Source of the DNA: Candidatus Thorarchaeota archaeon | Lineage (GTDB): Archaea > Asgardarchaeota > Thorarchaeia > Thorarchaeales > Thorarchaeaceae | NCBI GenBank assembly: GCA_048882325.1 | Contig: JBHLRS010000007.1 | Span: forward strand, 1 to 64,000 | Length of the DNA: 64,000 nt | Reading direction: 5' to 3' | Shown here: positions 37,612 through 47,039 of the stretch, in pieces | How the letters are laid out: each line of letters opens with the position of its first letter | Position numbering within the stretch: the stretch's first letter is position 1 | Position numbers and translations under genes: made by a program | The notes under the pieces: model-generated | What the model saw: only the letters and a program-made list of their open reading frames with translations | Told to the model about the DNA's origin: nothing | Databases searched by the model: none

Positions 37612-40600
37612 ATGACCAAACTACATTTGAAAAGAGGTACAAGCTGCATTCTTGGGCTTGTTCTCGTATGCCTAATGGTGTCAGCATCTTTTGTTGGTTT
37701 ATTGGATAAAACCAAAATATCCACATCTGAGAATGCTCAACCTAAAAGGCTTGAAGAAACGGTTCCAGTTCTTTCTCTAGATGATATGCCTCTGCGTCAA
37801 AGTACACCCTTAGTATACGATTCGGAGTCAGATAGAATCATTCTCTTCGGAGGATCAACTCAAAATGTAGAGGCTGGGTATTCCGACACCTGGAGCTATG
37901 ACTATAATACCAATACTTGGACCAACATGTCCCCTGCAATCCATCCACCTGCATCAAACAGTCATGCGATGGCTTATCACTCTGGAGCTGACAGGATGGT
38001 GCTCTTTGGAGGTCATGTATCAGGTTCAGGTGCGTCTTGGTTAAATCATAACGAAACTTGGACATATGATTATAACTCAAACACATGGACGAAAATGTCC
38101 CCTGCAATTGCGCCGCCAGCTATGTGTGGTTCAATGGAATACGACAGTGAGTCAGATCTCATTGTTTTAGCTGGTGGGTGGCCAGATGGCGGAACATATG
38201 GAGATCATTTTGCCGAAACATGGACGTACAACCTGACATCTGATACATGGACGAATGTCACGCAAAGTGTCCACCCCACACCGCGAGGTTGGACTCAGTT
38301 GACGTATGACATTGAGTCTGATCTTATCGTAGCTTTTGGGGGATTTGATTTAGAGACATGGGCGGTATTGAACGATACTTGGACATACGACACCAATACC
38401 AACACTTGGACGGAGATTTCCACGGTTGGACCGCAAATAACAGGAGATCTTGTGTATGACAGTGAGTCAGACAGGGTGGTCTTCCAAGGTGGTTGTCTGG
38501 ATATGTCTGAATATCCTGAAGACCTGGTTTCTGAAACTTGGCAATATGACACAAATACTGAGACCTGGGAGGAGATGATCAATGATGTCAAACCGCCTAA
38601 GAGGTCTCGAGGAGAGATGGCCTATGACAGCGAGTCCGACAAAGTCATCCTCTTTTCAGGCATTGTCTGGACGGGATTCCCTCCAGAAATTGTTTCTGAC
38701 TGTTGGGTATATGACCTGAACAACAATCTGTGGAATAATTTAGAGTGGGACTGGCAGGAGATGACTCCAGCATTGTCTCCAGAAGCCAATGCATGGCCAG
38801 CAATGACGTACGATTCAGAATCTGACCTAACAGTATTATTCGGGGGACACTCAGAGGAAGAGTACCTAGCGACAGGAGTTTGGGGCGATAACGAGACCTG
38901 GGTCTACGATTTCAACACTAATACCTGGACCAACATGAGTCCATCAACTGGACCTTCCAAGAGATGTTTGATGAACATGGTATACGACGAAGAGTCTGAC
39001 ATCATCATTTTGTTCGGTGGAGTTGCACGAAGCGACTCTGGACCTGTCAAGATTTTCGGAGACACTTGGACATACGATGTGAATACCAATGTGTGGACTA
39101 ATGTGACTCCAGCTACCAGCCCAAGCAAACGTCTTGTCTATGGGATGACATATGATTCAAATTCTGATCTTGTGATCCTGTTTGGAGGGTATGATGGGAC
39201 TGATAACTTGAATGACCTCTGGACCTTTGATTATAACTCAAATACGTGGACCGAAATGAGCCCACCAACGAGTCCAGAGCCGCGAAATGCTGCAGCAATA
39301 ACATATGATGAAGAGTCAGATCTGTGTGTCCTGTTTGGCGGGTACACTTTCACCTATCCATATGAGTTAGCAGACACATGGGTCTACAACGTATCTGCAG
39401 ACACCTGGACTGAAATGAGTCCCTCCTCTCATCCCTCAAAACGGAGTGAGATGCAAGCTGTATACAATCCCTATGTTGACAGGGTCATTATGTTTGGTGG
39501 TTGGGCATATGATATTGTCTATGACGAAACTTGGAGCTATGACTATAATAACAACACTTGGGTGGAAACGAACACACCACACGCTCCATCTGCACGATAC
39601 TGGTATGGACTAGCATTTGACTCAGAATCAAATCGAACCATCCTGTTTTCAGGAAATGATGGACTCGCTGGTGCAATGCATATAGTAGAGGCAGATACAT
39701 GGGCTTACAGGTATCAAGTACATCCTTTGATTATACCTAATCCACCGGAGAATCTAGTTGCCACTAATAGTGAGGACGGTCCGGTTCTAGTATGGGATGC
39801 TCCAGTTCCAATAGCGGGTGTAACAATCATTGGATACAATGTCTATAGAGGAACAGAGTCTGGAATCTACGAGCTGTGGAAAGAATTAGGCGATGTCCTC
39901 ACCTACACTGATTCGTCTGTGGGGTACGATATATCCTACTACTATGTTGTTACAGCAGTGTCGGAAGGTGGAGAATCATTATTCTCAAATGAAGACTCAT
40001 ACTGGAGGCCGCTTGAACAGTACAATGATGATACATACACATTCATCGTCTACGGTGATACGAGAGCTGGTGATGACACCGCTGTGTCTTGGCTACATGA
40101 TGACTTGGTGAGTAAGTATCTTCAGTATGATCCCGAAATGGTCGTTCATTCAGGTGATATGTTGTATCACGGTGGAGAGTCATATCAATGGCCTCTATTC
40201 AACGACTCACTTGCTGCCATCTGGGAATGGGACTCAGACATCGAGTACTTCGGTGCTGTTGGCAACCATGAATGGTATACGGATGTGTATGGCGTTAATG
40301 ATCAGAACTTTACCAATTATCGGGAGTTCTTCGACTACTCAGCTGTTATTGACGAACCTGGGGAGACTGAACTTTACTACTCTTTTGATCGGCAAGGGAT
40401 TCACTTCATAATTCTCAATACAGTCAATGATTGGGTTGGGACAACATACACCTGCCCGGCGGCACAAATGGCGTGGCTAGAAGCTGATCTTGCAAAGGAC
40501 TATGAAACAGTCATCGTGTCCACACACTATCCACTCTATTCAATACTTGCGGATAGACCTGAGAGATTAGCAGAAGCTGCGAGTGTTAGGGCAGCATTCC

Positions 40601-41043
40601 AAGACCTGTTTATCGAGTATGCAGTAGACATAATCTTCACCGGGCACAATCACTACTATCACCGGGCTCCTCGTGATGGCATTCAGTATGTCACTGCTGC
40701 TGGTGGAGGGGCACCACTCTATGCAATCAGTACTGTGGGCACAGATTGGGAACCGGGCGATGTTGGATTTGGTGAGTACCACTATTGCGTGTGTAAACTA
40801 AATCCATTGAATGCAACCCACAATCGTCTGACCATAGATGTTGTTCTACTGGATGGAACTACAGCTGATACATTCAATATCGATGTATTGAAACCACCGG
40901 TAACTACGACAACATCATCAACCACAACCTCACCAACCACTCCGGTTGAACCACCTTCATTCCCAATGACTTTGGTGGTAGTGACAGCTGGTGCAGTACT
41001 GGTCGTTGTTGTTGTTGTACTACTCCTTCGAAAGAAGAAATAG
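37612..41043 (+). CDS. Membrane-anchored Kelch-repeat (2x6 blades) + FN3 + purple-acid-phosphatase-like metallophosphoesterase
   Basis: Twelve YDSESD..LFGG..TW.YD blades; FN3 (PPENL..LVWDAP..GYNVYRG..YYYVVTAV); GDTR, GDMLY, GNHE, VSTH, GHNH; Thr-rich linker, TM, RKKK. Confidence 0.88.
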   Translation: MTKLHLKRGTSCILGLVLVCLMVSASFVGLLDKTKISTSENAQPKRLEETVPVLSLDDMPLRQSTPLVYDSESDRIILFGGSTQNVEAGYSDTWSYDYNTNTWTNMSPAIHPPASNSHAMAYHSGADRMVLFGGHVSGSGASWLNHNETWTYDYNSNTWTKMSPAIAPPAMCGSMEYDSESDLIVLAGGWPDGGTYGDHFAETWTYNLTSDTWTNVTQSVHPTPRGWTQLTYDIESDLIVAFGGFDLETWAVLNDTWTYDTNTNTWTEISTVGPQITGDLVYDSESDRVVFQGGCLDMSEYPEDLVSETWQYDTNTETWEEMINDVKPPKRSRGEMAYDSESDKVILFSGIVWTGFPPEIVSDCWVYDLNNNLWNNLEWDWQEMTPALSPEANAWPAMTYDSESDLTVLFGGHSEEEYLATGVWGDNETWVYDFNTNTWTNMSPSTGPSKRCLMNMVYDEESDIIILFGGVARSDSGPVKIFGDTWTYDVNTNVWTNVTPATSPSKRLVYGMTYDSNSDLVILFGGYDGTDNLNDLWTFDYNSNTWTEMSPPTSPEPRNAAAITYDEESDLCVLFGGYTFTYPYELADTWVYNVSADTWTEMSPSSHPSKRSEMQAVYNPYVDRVIMFGGWAYDIVYDETWSYDYNNNTWVETNTPHAPSARYWYGLAFDSESNRTILFSGNDGLAGAMHIVEADTWAYRYQVHPLIIPNPPENLVATNSEDGPVLVWDAPVPIAGVTIIGYNVYRGTESGIYELWKELGDVLTYTDSSVGYDISYYYVVTAVSEGGESLFSNEDSYWRPLEQYNDDTYTFIVYGDTRAGDDTAVSWLHDDLVSKYLQYDPEMVVHSGDMLYHGGESYQWPLFNDSLAAIWEWDSDIEYFGAVGNHEWYTDVYGVNDQNFTNYREFFDYSAVIDEPGETELYYSFDRQGIHFIILNTVNDWVGTTYTCPAAQMAWLEADLAKDYETVIVSTHYPLYSILADRPERLAEAASVRAAFQDLFIEYAVDIIFTGHNHYYHRAPRDGIQYVTAAGGGAPLYAISTVGTDWEPGDVGFGEYHYCVCKLNPLNATHNRLTIDVVLLDGTTADTFNIDVLKPPVTTTTSSTTTSPTTPVEPPSFPMTLVVVTAGAVLVVVVVVLLLRKKK

Positions 41044-41086
41044 ATGAAGCAAAAGGGGTACTTGGCATGTGCCCCAACCTTTCATC
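41043..41086 (+). terminator. Hairpin after the Kelch-phosphatase gene
   Basis: GGGGTAC-N7-GTGCCCC stem inside outer GATGAA/TTCATC arms. Confidence 0.4.
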
Positions 41087-41139
41087 ACCAAACGACATAG
41101 ACACAAAGAATGGTCATATGCATAGTTGAAGTACTAATA

Positions 41140-42054
41140 ATGTCAATTACCGAGGTACCGACTGTGGAGAGAGAAGTCACAATCTACAACTTCTGTCCTT
41201 GCTTCAAGGATTTTGAGGGGGAGTTGATATGCTTAAACAATGACAGTCTCTGTGATATTGAACACTCTATATTCGCAGCTGACATTCTCAATCAGGACGC
41301 CTCACTAGAGCTAGTAAAACAGTTCGAGGCTACTGATAGTAAGACTTGTTACTCATCGATTTACACGCACGATGGTTCGGTTTATTGCTCATCTCAGGGA
41401 TTTAAGATCCGCATCCATAGAGAGGACATCACTGAAGACATGCTGCTGCAGTCAATCCGGCTCTATGCATTAGGTCCAACAGAAATCACAGTGGATTGTG
41501 CCTCGTGCATTTATGGAATCCTGCTAGCACTCGTTCTTTCTCAAGACCAAGCCTCTATCAAACGGTACCTAGATGAGTTCTCTCTCAAGGTTGCAATCAG
41601 CTTCACCGAGATGGAACTTGAGGAGATTGATGAATCAACTCCATACTTTGAAACTGTCCAGGCATATCTTGTACGACTTCTCGAGGACCAATACTATTGG
41701 CAGGACATCCACGAAAAGCTTGTGGAAAAGGAGGAACCTGCATCTTTGGTAGAATTGGTGGGTAAAATGGAGCTATTGAATAGACTCCAGTTCCTTTTCT
41801 ACAGTCAAGTTCTGAATATCAGAAGTATTGAGAACTCAAGAATACTTGTTCGAATGCTCTCTCATATACTTCGTACTTCCAGAAACATCCTGAGTCTCAA
41901 CGAAGAGATTCACTCATTGGTTTCTACAGACACTATTGGTGGTCATGAGGAAGATGAGATTCTTATAGGAAAGATCGAGGACTACATGGAAAAAAGCAGG
42001 ACACTCGATCACTTCTTTGGGAATATCGCGGACATCATGAAGGGTGGTTCTTAA
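41140..42054 (+). CDS. Hypothetical protein, Cys-rich N-terminal half and helical C-terminal half
   Basis: Long ORF with typical codon usage; FCPCF, CLNNDSLC, DCASC. Confidence 0.7.
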   Translation: MSITEVPTVEREVTIYNFCPCFKDFEGELICLNNDSLCDIEHSIFAADILNQDASLELVKQFEATDSKTCYSSIYTHDGSVYCSSQGFKIRIHREDITEDMLLQSIRLYALGPTEITVDCASCIYGILLALVLSQDQASIKRYLDEFSLKVAISFTEMELEEIDESTPYFETVQAYLVRLLEDQYYWQDIHEKLVEKEEPASLVELVGKMELLNRLQFLFYSQVLNIRSIENSRILVRMLSHILRTSRNILSLNEEIHSLVSTDTIGGHEEDEILIGKIEDYMEKSRTLDHFFGNIADIMKGGS

Positions 42055-42061
42055 GCCAGTA

Positions 42062-43279
42062 TCATGATGCTACGATCTTCCGATACAAAATCGAAATGAA
42101 TAACAACATCAGCAACGCAACCCCGGTTATCCCAAGGTAGAGTGATGTCATTCCAAGTTGAAAGAATGGTTCATATACAGTCGGTATTAGAGCGACTCCA
42201 AAGAAAGAGGCGGATGTCACCACTCCTGCGAGAACACCTCGTCGCTCAGGTGAGATGAGTTGGCTATATGTAATCATCAGAGGAAATAGAACACCTCCCG
42301 CCCAACCCATTGCAGCGAGTGCGATCCCAACAATTAGAGTTGCACTTGGTAGTGTGATATCTCCAATCATCAAGAATAACGTGAGCGAAGCAAACAGTGG
42401 TATGGCACCTATTGAAATTGAGAAACCAAATCCTCTTGTTTTGATGATCCTCCCTAAAGACGCTCCAGCGATTGCTCCAAGAATTCCAGCAACAAGAAGC
42501 ATGGTTCCTGTGATTGATTCGCTCACAGAGTTAGTGAGTCCCCTTGATGTCCAAACCAATGTTCCAAGGTATGTCATTGTGATGAGAAAAGTGGTGATCA
42601 ACATTAGAAGGACAACTGGTTTTCTTAACTCAATTCTGAGATTGGTAATGAAAACATGAATTCCAGACTCCTCATGGACCATTGATGGAGGTCGCTTTGC
42701 TATTGAAATACCTACGAAACTTAAGAAGACAATAATCAGTATTACAAGATAGTAGAGCTGCCAGCCAATGATTGCCAACTGTCCTGCGATGAATGGACCG
42801 AAGCCAACACCAAAGGACGCTAAACCAGACGCAATCCCCATTCTCTTCGGAATCTCGTTTGGAGGCGCACAATCAGACAGAAGAGCAAGTAGAACTGGAT
42901 TCACAAATCCAAAACCAATTCCAGCGATAAGATAACCTAATGCGAACATCGCTATAGTTGTCGAGAAAGTAATTAGGAGAAGGCCAGCAAGGAATCCAAC
43001 CAACCCAGCAGCAATTATCGGGACTCTTCCATAGCTGTCTGACAGAGCACCAGAGAACAGCTGGAATGTCGCGAATGGAAACATGAAGGCGGGGATAGAA
43101 ACAAGTATTGCTGTAGGGTCAACAAGGAAATCACTCGCAATTGGTCCAAGAAGGGTGAGTACCGCATTTCCAACCAGAGGGCCTATTCCAAACAAGAGGT
43201 ATGAAATCAGTTCAATAGATCTGAATCTCTCAGGTTGCTCACAGGGACTCTCTGTTGAATCTAAAACATGCTTACTCAT
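42062..43279 (-). CDS. Major facilitator superfamily transporter
   Basis: 12 TM segments; motif A GALSDSYGRVP; PERRG in the C-terminal half. Confidence 0.92.
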   Translation of the reverse strand: MSKHVLDSTESPCEQPERFRSIELISYLLFGIGPLVGNAVLTLLGPIASDFLVDPTAILVSIPAFMFPFATFQLFSGALSDSYGRVPIIAAGLVGFLAGLLLITFSTTIAMFALGYLIAGIGFGFVNPVLLALLSDCAPPNEIPKRMGIASGLASFGVGFGPFIAGQLAIIGWQLYYLVILIIVFLSFVGISIAKRPPSMVHEESGIHVFITNLRIELRKPVVLLMLITTFLITMTYLGTLVWTSRGLTNSVSESITGTMLLVAGILGAIAGASLGRIIKTRGFGFSISIGAIPLFASLTLFLMIGDITLPSATLIVGIALAAMGWAGGVLFPLMITYSQLISPERRGVLAGVVTSASFFGVALIPTVYEPFFQLGMTSLYLGITGVALLMLLFISILYRKIVAS

Positions 43280-43313
43280 TATACATGAACCGCTTCAGAA
43301 ATCATGTTAACCA

Positions 43314-43337
43314 TTGTTAAATCCTTTGGTTTAACAA
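43314..43337. promoter_or_regulatory. Inverted repeat TTGTTAAA-N8-TTTAACAA in the divergent promoter region
   Basis: Perfect 8-bp arms between the MFS gene and the ATPase pseudogene. Confidence 0.3.
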
Positions 43338-43398
43338 CCGTCGCCCTTATGAGTCATGTTCACAAACACTATGTATTGCGTGTCTTGAGGTAAGGAGT

Positions 43399-44053
43399 GT
43401 GTTTCGGCACTACGGAGCATCTGAAGATGTGTTCGTAGACAGAGAAGAATACATCGAATGGATGGACGATGCCCTAGCTAGGTGTAAGAAGAAGAGTGTG
43501 GTTCTTCATCTGAAAGGCATTGGAGGTATTGGGAAGAGCTTACTCCTAAAACATTGGATCAATACGAAAGAGCGGACAATCCGTGTGGATTGCGAACACT
43601 ATACAGAATTTATGGTCGACTCAATGTTCTCGCGAAAGGAGCTGTATTGCATGGAGTTAATCTGCAAAGATTCGATGTTCTTTGGCAAATAAGACAACGC
43701 TTTGTGGAAGGCGTAGAACCAGTCAAGGAGGAGGGTCGAGCCTGGGCGAAGGATGTAGTGATGGCGATACCATTCATTGGATCCTTGGCATCCATTGGAA
43801 GTGCACTCAGTGCTATTGGCACAAAGGTAACTCCGAAACTAAAGGGAAGGTATGGAATCAATGGGTGACAAAGGCTCCTGAAGTCATAAACATGATGCTT
43901 GAAAAAACTCTATACCATCTACAGAAGGTGTTGTGGGAAAATGGAAGTAAGCAAGATGAATTGAAGGATCTTGAACCACGATTATCAGGCTTAACATTCT
44001 CTGATGATGATGAACTTTGGATTGAAGAAGAAGAACCACTATACATTTGGTGA
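43399..44053 (+). pseudogene. Degraded P-loop (AAA_16/STAND-like) ATPase gene: frameshift near 43610 and apparent large internal deletion near 43856
   Basis: FVDREE and Walker A GIGGIGKS lie in 43399..43692. The coding sense continues in another frame (YGRLNVLAKG..), stops at 43868, and an acidic tail follows in a third frame to 44053. Confidence 0.72.
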
Positions 44054-44114
44054 TTCTTCTTACAACTAAATAGGTGCGCAGGTTTGATGTTCAGTAGAAA
44101 TTGAAGCAACTGAA

Positions 44115-44762
44115 TCAATAATATAGGCGTACCTTTACAGCTGCACGTTTATCTGCAGGTAATTCCTTTGCTTTCTTGACCTCTGGATTTTCTAGAGCAT
44201 CATCCATTGTGAGTTTGAGGTCATCCTTAGATACATCCAGAATGATCTTGTCTCTAATGGCGACAATGCGTTCAATAGGAACTAGAATGTCAACATCGCT
44301 CTTAAGACCAACAGACTCAAGGGTTTCCTCAACAAGACCTCCACCAACAATTAAGCAGGCAGTACCATCTGTATCGAAATCTACATCCACAGCCCGACCA
44401 ATCTTTGTATCATCCTTGTCGAAGATGTCCATCTTTGTGATTTTGGACCATCGAAGCTCACCCATTTCGATTGCTCCTTCATCCAAGGTGGTCTTTAGAC
44501 TATTCACATTTGTATTCAGATGCACCTTATCCCCAATCTTAGAGATTAGACTGGCACTTAACACGGGATCCTTGTCAGGTCTAATCTTGGCAGATTCAAG
44601 GAACTCCTCCCATCTTGACCCTCCCAGAATGAATTGCTTGAGAATCAGTGCACCTTCAAAAACAAAGGTCAGGTCATTTATCCTGCCCACTTTCTCACCA
44701 CTTGAGTCAACAACGTCACAATTTCGTAGCTCGTTGCAGTTCATAGATTTAGTAACATCCAA
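44115..44762 (-). CDS. Tandem PRC-barrel domain protein
   Basis: Two repeats: LRNCDVVDSSGEKVGRINDL and ITKMDIFDKDDTKIGRAVDVDFD; VPIERIVAIRDKIIL. Confidence 0.85.
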   Translation of the reverse strand: MDVTKSMNCNELRNCDVVDSSGEKVGRINDLTFVFEGALILKQFILGGSRWEEFLESAKIRPDKDPVLSASLISKIGDKVHLNTNVNSLKTTLDEGAIEMGELRWSKITKMDIFDKDDTKIGRAVDVDFDTDGTACLIVGGGLVEETLESVGLKSDVDILVPIERIVAIRDKIILDVSKDDLKLTMDDALENPEVKKAKELPADKRAAVKVRLYY

Positions 44763-44843
44763 TTCTATGCACGACCTAAAGCTTTTCTGAACAACTTCTA
44801 GTTAAAGGCTTCGAATTATCTCTTTCTGTCTAAGTGCGTGGAA

Positions 44844-45311
44844 TCACGAGTGCTCACCGAAGAACATCAGATAATCAGTCCCAGGTACTTCCATTCCCAT
44901 CTCGCTAAGGACCATGGCAAGTTGACCTCGGTGATGAGTGGTGTGAATGAGATATTGGAGAAAGAAGTCAACTACATCAATCTCGAAGGATTCCTCTTTG
45001 ATATGCTTGACTTCAATTCGGTCCTGAGGGATCTCATCGATGGCATTACTGAGGTGTGTGTCAAGAATCTCCCAGCGTTTGAGGAGTTCTTGGCGAGGAA
45101 GTCGTTTCACTCGGTCAAACACAGAATTGTCCTTTTCGCCCTCAATGAAATAGAAGCAGGTCTCAAGAGCTAGTACTATGTGTTGCACAAGTTCTCGTGG
45201 GCTTGTTCCAAACACCTCTTGAGAGAAGTCTTCAGCATCTAAGCTACTGAGGAGTTCTCTGATCTTCCAACCCGCCCAAAGATGGTAGTCAGCAAGGTGC
45301 TTGAACACCAA
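44844..45311 (-). CDS. DinB/YfiT-family metalloprotein
   Basis: YHLWA, HIVLA, HTTHHRGQL, GTDY. Confidence 0.9.
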   Translation of the reverse strand: MVFKHLADYHLWAGWKIRELLSSLDAEDFSQEVFGTSPRELVQHIVLALETCFYFIEGEKDNSVFDRVKRLPRQELLKRWEILDTHLSNAIDEIPQDRIEVKHIKEESFEIDVVDFFLQYLIHTTHHRGQLAMVLSEMGMEVPGTDYLMFFGEHS

Positions 45312-45363
45312 ATCCTAGACCTCACCTATTCTTGAACATCCTCACGTATTAGTCTACCGAGTT

Positions 45364-46329
45364 CTATCCAGACAATTCCTCAAGAAGCCCAAGCATCCAT
45401 TGATCTATTGGTTTCTTGTTCATCCAGGTTTCCTCAAATGGCGTCATGACAAGATTCCCATCTACCTCGCCAACCATACCTCCATGCTTTCCATTCAGGA
45501 GACATTCGATTGCGTACGCTCCGAGGCGAGTCGCTAGTATTCTATCGAAATGGGTAGGGTTACCCCCTCTTTGGATGTATCCTAATACTGATACTCTGCA
45601 TTTCTCACCAATTCTCTCAGAAAGCTCTTTACCAATATATTCCGCATTTCCTAGCTCATCGCCCTCTGCCACAATCACAAGAACGGATGATTTTGCCTTC
45701 TCCCTTGCTTTCCGAACTATGTCTGCAAGTTCTTCAAAAGATGTCTGAGTTTCGGGCATCAATATTGCTGATGCTCCTGTCGCAAATCCTACGTGAAACG
45801 CGATGAATCCAGCGTGTCGTCCCATCACCTCAACTAAAAAGATCCTCTGGAATGATTGTGCAGTATCTCTGATTTTGTCTAAAGCCTCCAGAGCGTTATT
45901 GACAGCTGTGTCAAAACCAATTGTATAGTCAGTCCCGTAAAGATCGTTATCGATTGTTCCCGGAAGTCCAATTAGGCATCCTTTCCAGTGATTACTTAAG
46001 GCAGATAAAGCATGCATGGTGCCGTCTCCGCCAATCGCGATAAGTGCATCAAAACCCCTGTCGGTCAGAATCTTAGCCGCTTTCTTCTGACCCGCCTCTG
46101 TCCGGAATTCTTCAGACCGTCCAGTAGTGAGAATAGTACCTCCTCTATGGAGTATCCTAGAAACGGACCGAGAATTCAACTCGTGTATATGCTCATCAAG
46201 GATACCCTGTAGTCCACCAAAAACTCCGAAGATTTCGCAATCACGATTGATTCCGACTCTAGTGATTGCACGGAGTGCCGCATTCATAGCAGGACTATCG
46301 CCGCCACTGGTAAGAACTGCAATTTTCAT
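45364..46329 (-). CDS. pfkA: ATP-dependent 6-phosphofructokinase (bacterial PfkA type)
   Basis: TSGGDSPAMNAA, GGTILTTGR, GGDGT, PGTIDND, EVMGRHAG, LGYIQRGG. Confidence 0.95.
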   Translation of the reverse strand: MKIAVLTSGGDSPAMNAALRAITRVGINRDCEIFGVFGGLQGILDEHIHELNSRSVSRILHRGGTILTTGRSEEFRTEAGQKKAAKILTDRGFDALIAIGGDGTMHALSALSNHWKGCLIGLPGTIDNDLYGTDYTIGFDTAVNNALEALDKIRDTAQSFQRIFLVEVMGRHAGFIAFHVGFATGASAILMPETQTSFEELADIVRKAREKAKSSVLVIVAEGDELGNAEYIGKELSERIGEKCRVSVLGYIQRGGNPTHFDRILATRLGAYAIECLLNGKHGGMVGEVDGNLVMTPFEETWMNKKPIDQWMLGLLEELSG

Positions 46330-46403
46330 GGTTAAACATGTTAACCTTCGGATAAATAAGTACAACTTACACTACAAAATCTGGTTCTGGAGAATGTATT
46401 AAC

Positions 46404-47039
46404 ATGCCAAAGAGAGAACATGGCTTGGGTTCAGAAGAGCATGGCAAGATAGTCAGAGAAGGGTATAACAGGATAGCCAAAGAGTATTACACTGAGAGAG
46501 ATTTGTTCAAGAATGAGGAAGAGATACAGGAGTTCATCTCTTTTCTACCTGAGAAGGGAGTAGTTTTGGATATTGGCTGTGGTGGTGGTGTTCCAGTCCT
46601 CAGAACTCTAGTAGATAATGGATTTGAAGCCAAAGGTATTGACTTCTCACAAGGGATGTTGGACTTGGCAAAGGAGAATGTACCGGAAGCAGAGTTGATT
46701 CTGGGAGATATTACAAAAACAGATTTCGAACCTGAGTCATTCGATGGAATCATCTCGACATATGCTTTCATCCACATCTTCAGGACTGAACATCCGCGAC
46801 TCTATGGGAAGATTTTCACTTGGTTAAAACCTGGAGGAGTCATGCTCGTGGGCACAGCAAGAACCGAGTGGGAGGAAATCAGTGACTTTTTTGGAGTTCC
46901 AATGGCTTGGAGCCATCCTGATGCTCGAGAGAGTCTCCAACTCGTGAACAACACGGGATTTGAGGTGCTATTTGAAAGACTAGTAACTACTGGTGATGAA
47001 ACAGCTTACTGGATTCTTGCTAAAAAGCCAGAGAGCTAG
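46404..47039 (+). CDS. Class I SAM-dependent methyltransferase
   Basis: VLDIGCGGG, GIDFS, GDI, FDGI, WLKPGG. Confidence 0.92.
   Translation: MPKREHGLGSEEHGKIVREGYNRIAKEYYTERDLFKNEEEIQEFISFLPEKGVVLDIGCGGGVPVLRTLVDNGFEAKGIDFSQGMLDLAKENVPEAELILGDITKTDFEPESFDGIISTYAFIHIFRTEHPRLYGKIFTWLKPGGVMLVGTARTEWEEISDFFGVPMAWSHPDARESLQLVNNTGFEVLFERLVTTGDETAYWILAKKPES

Noticed and set aside
43600-43620. Programmed ribosomal frameshift in the ATPase gene
   Set aside because: There is no X XXY YYZ slippery heptamer, and the shifted frame terminates before Walker B, so decay or sequencing error is more parsimonious.
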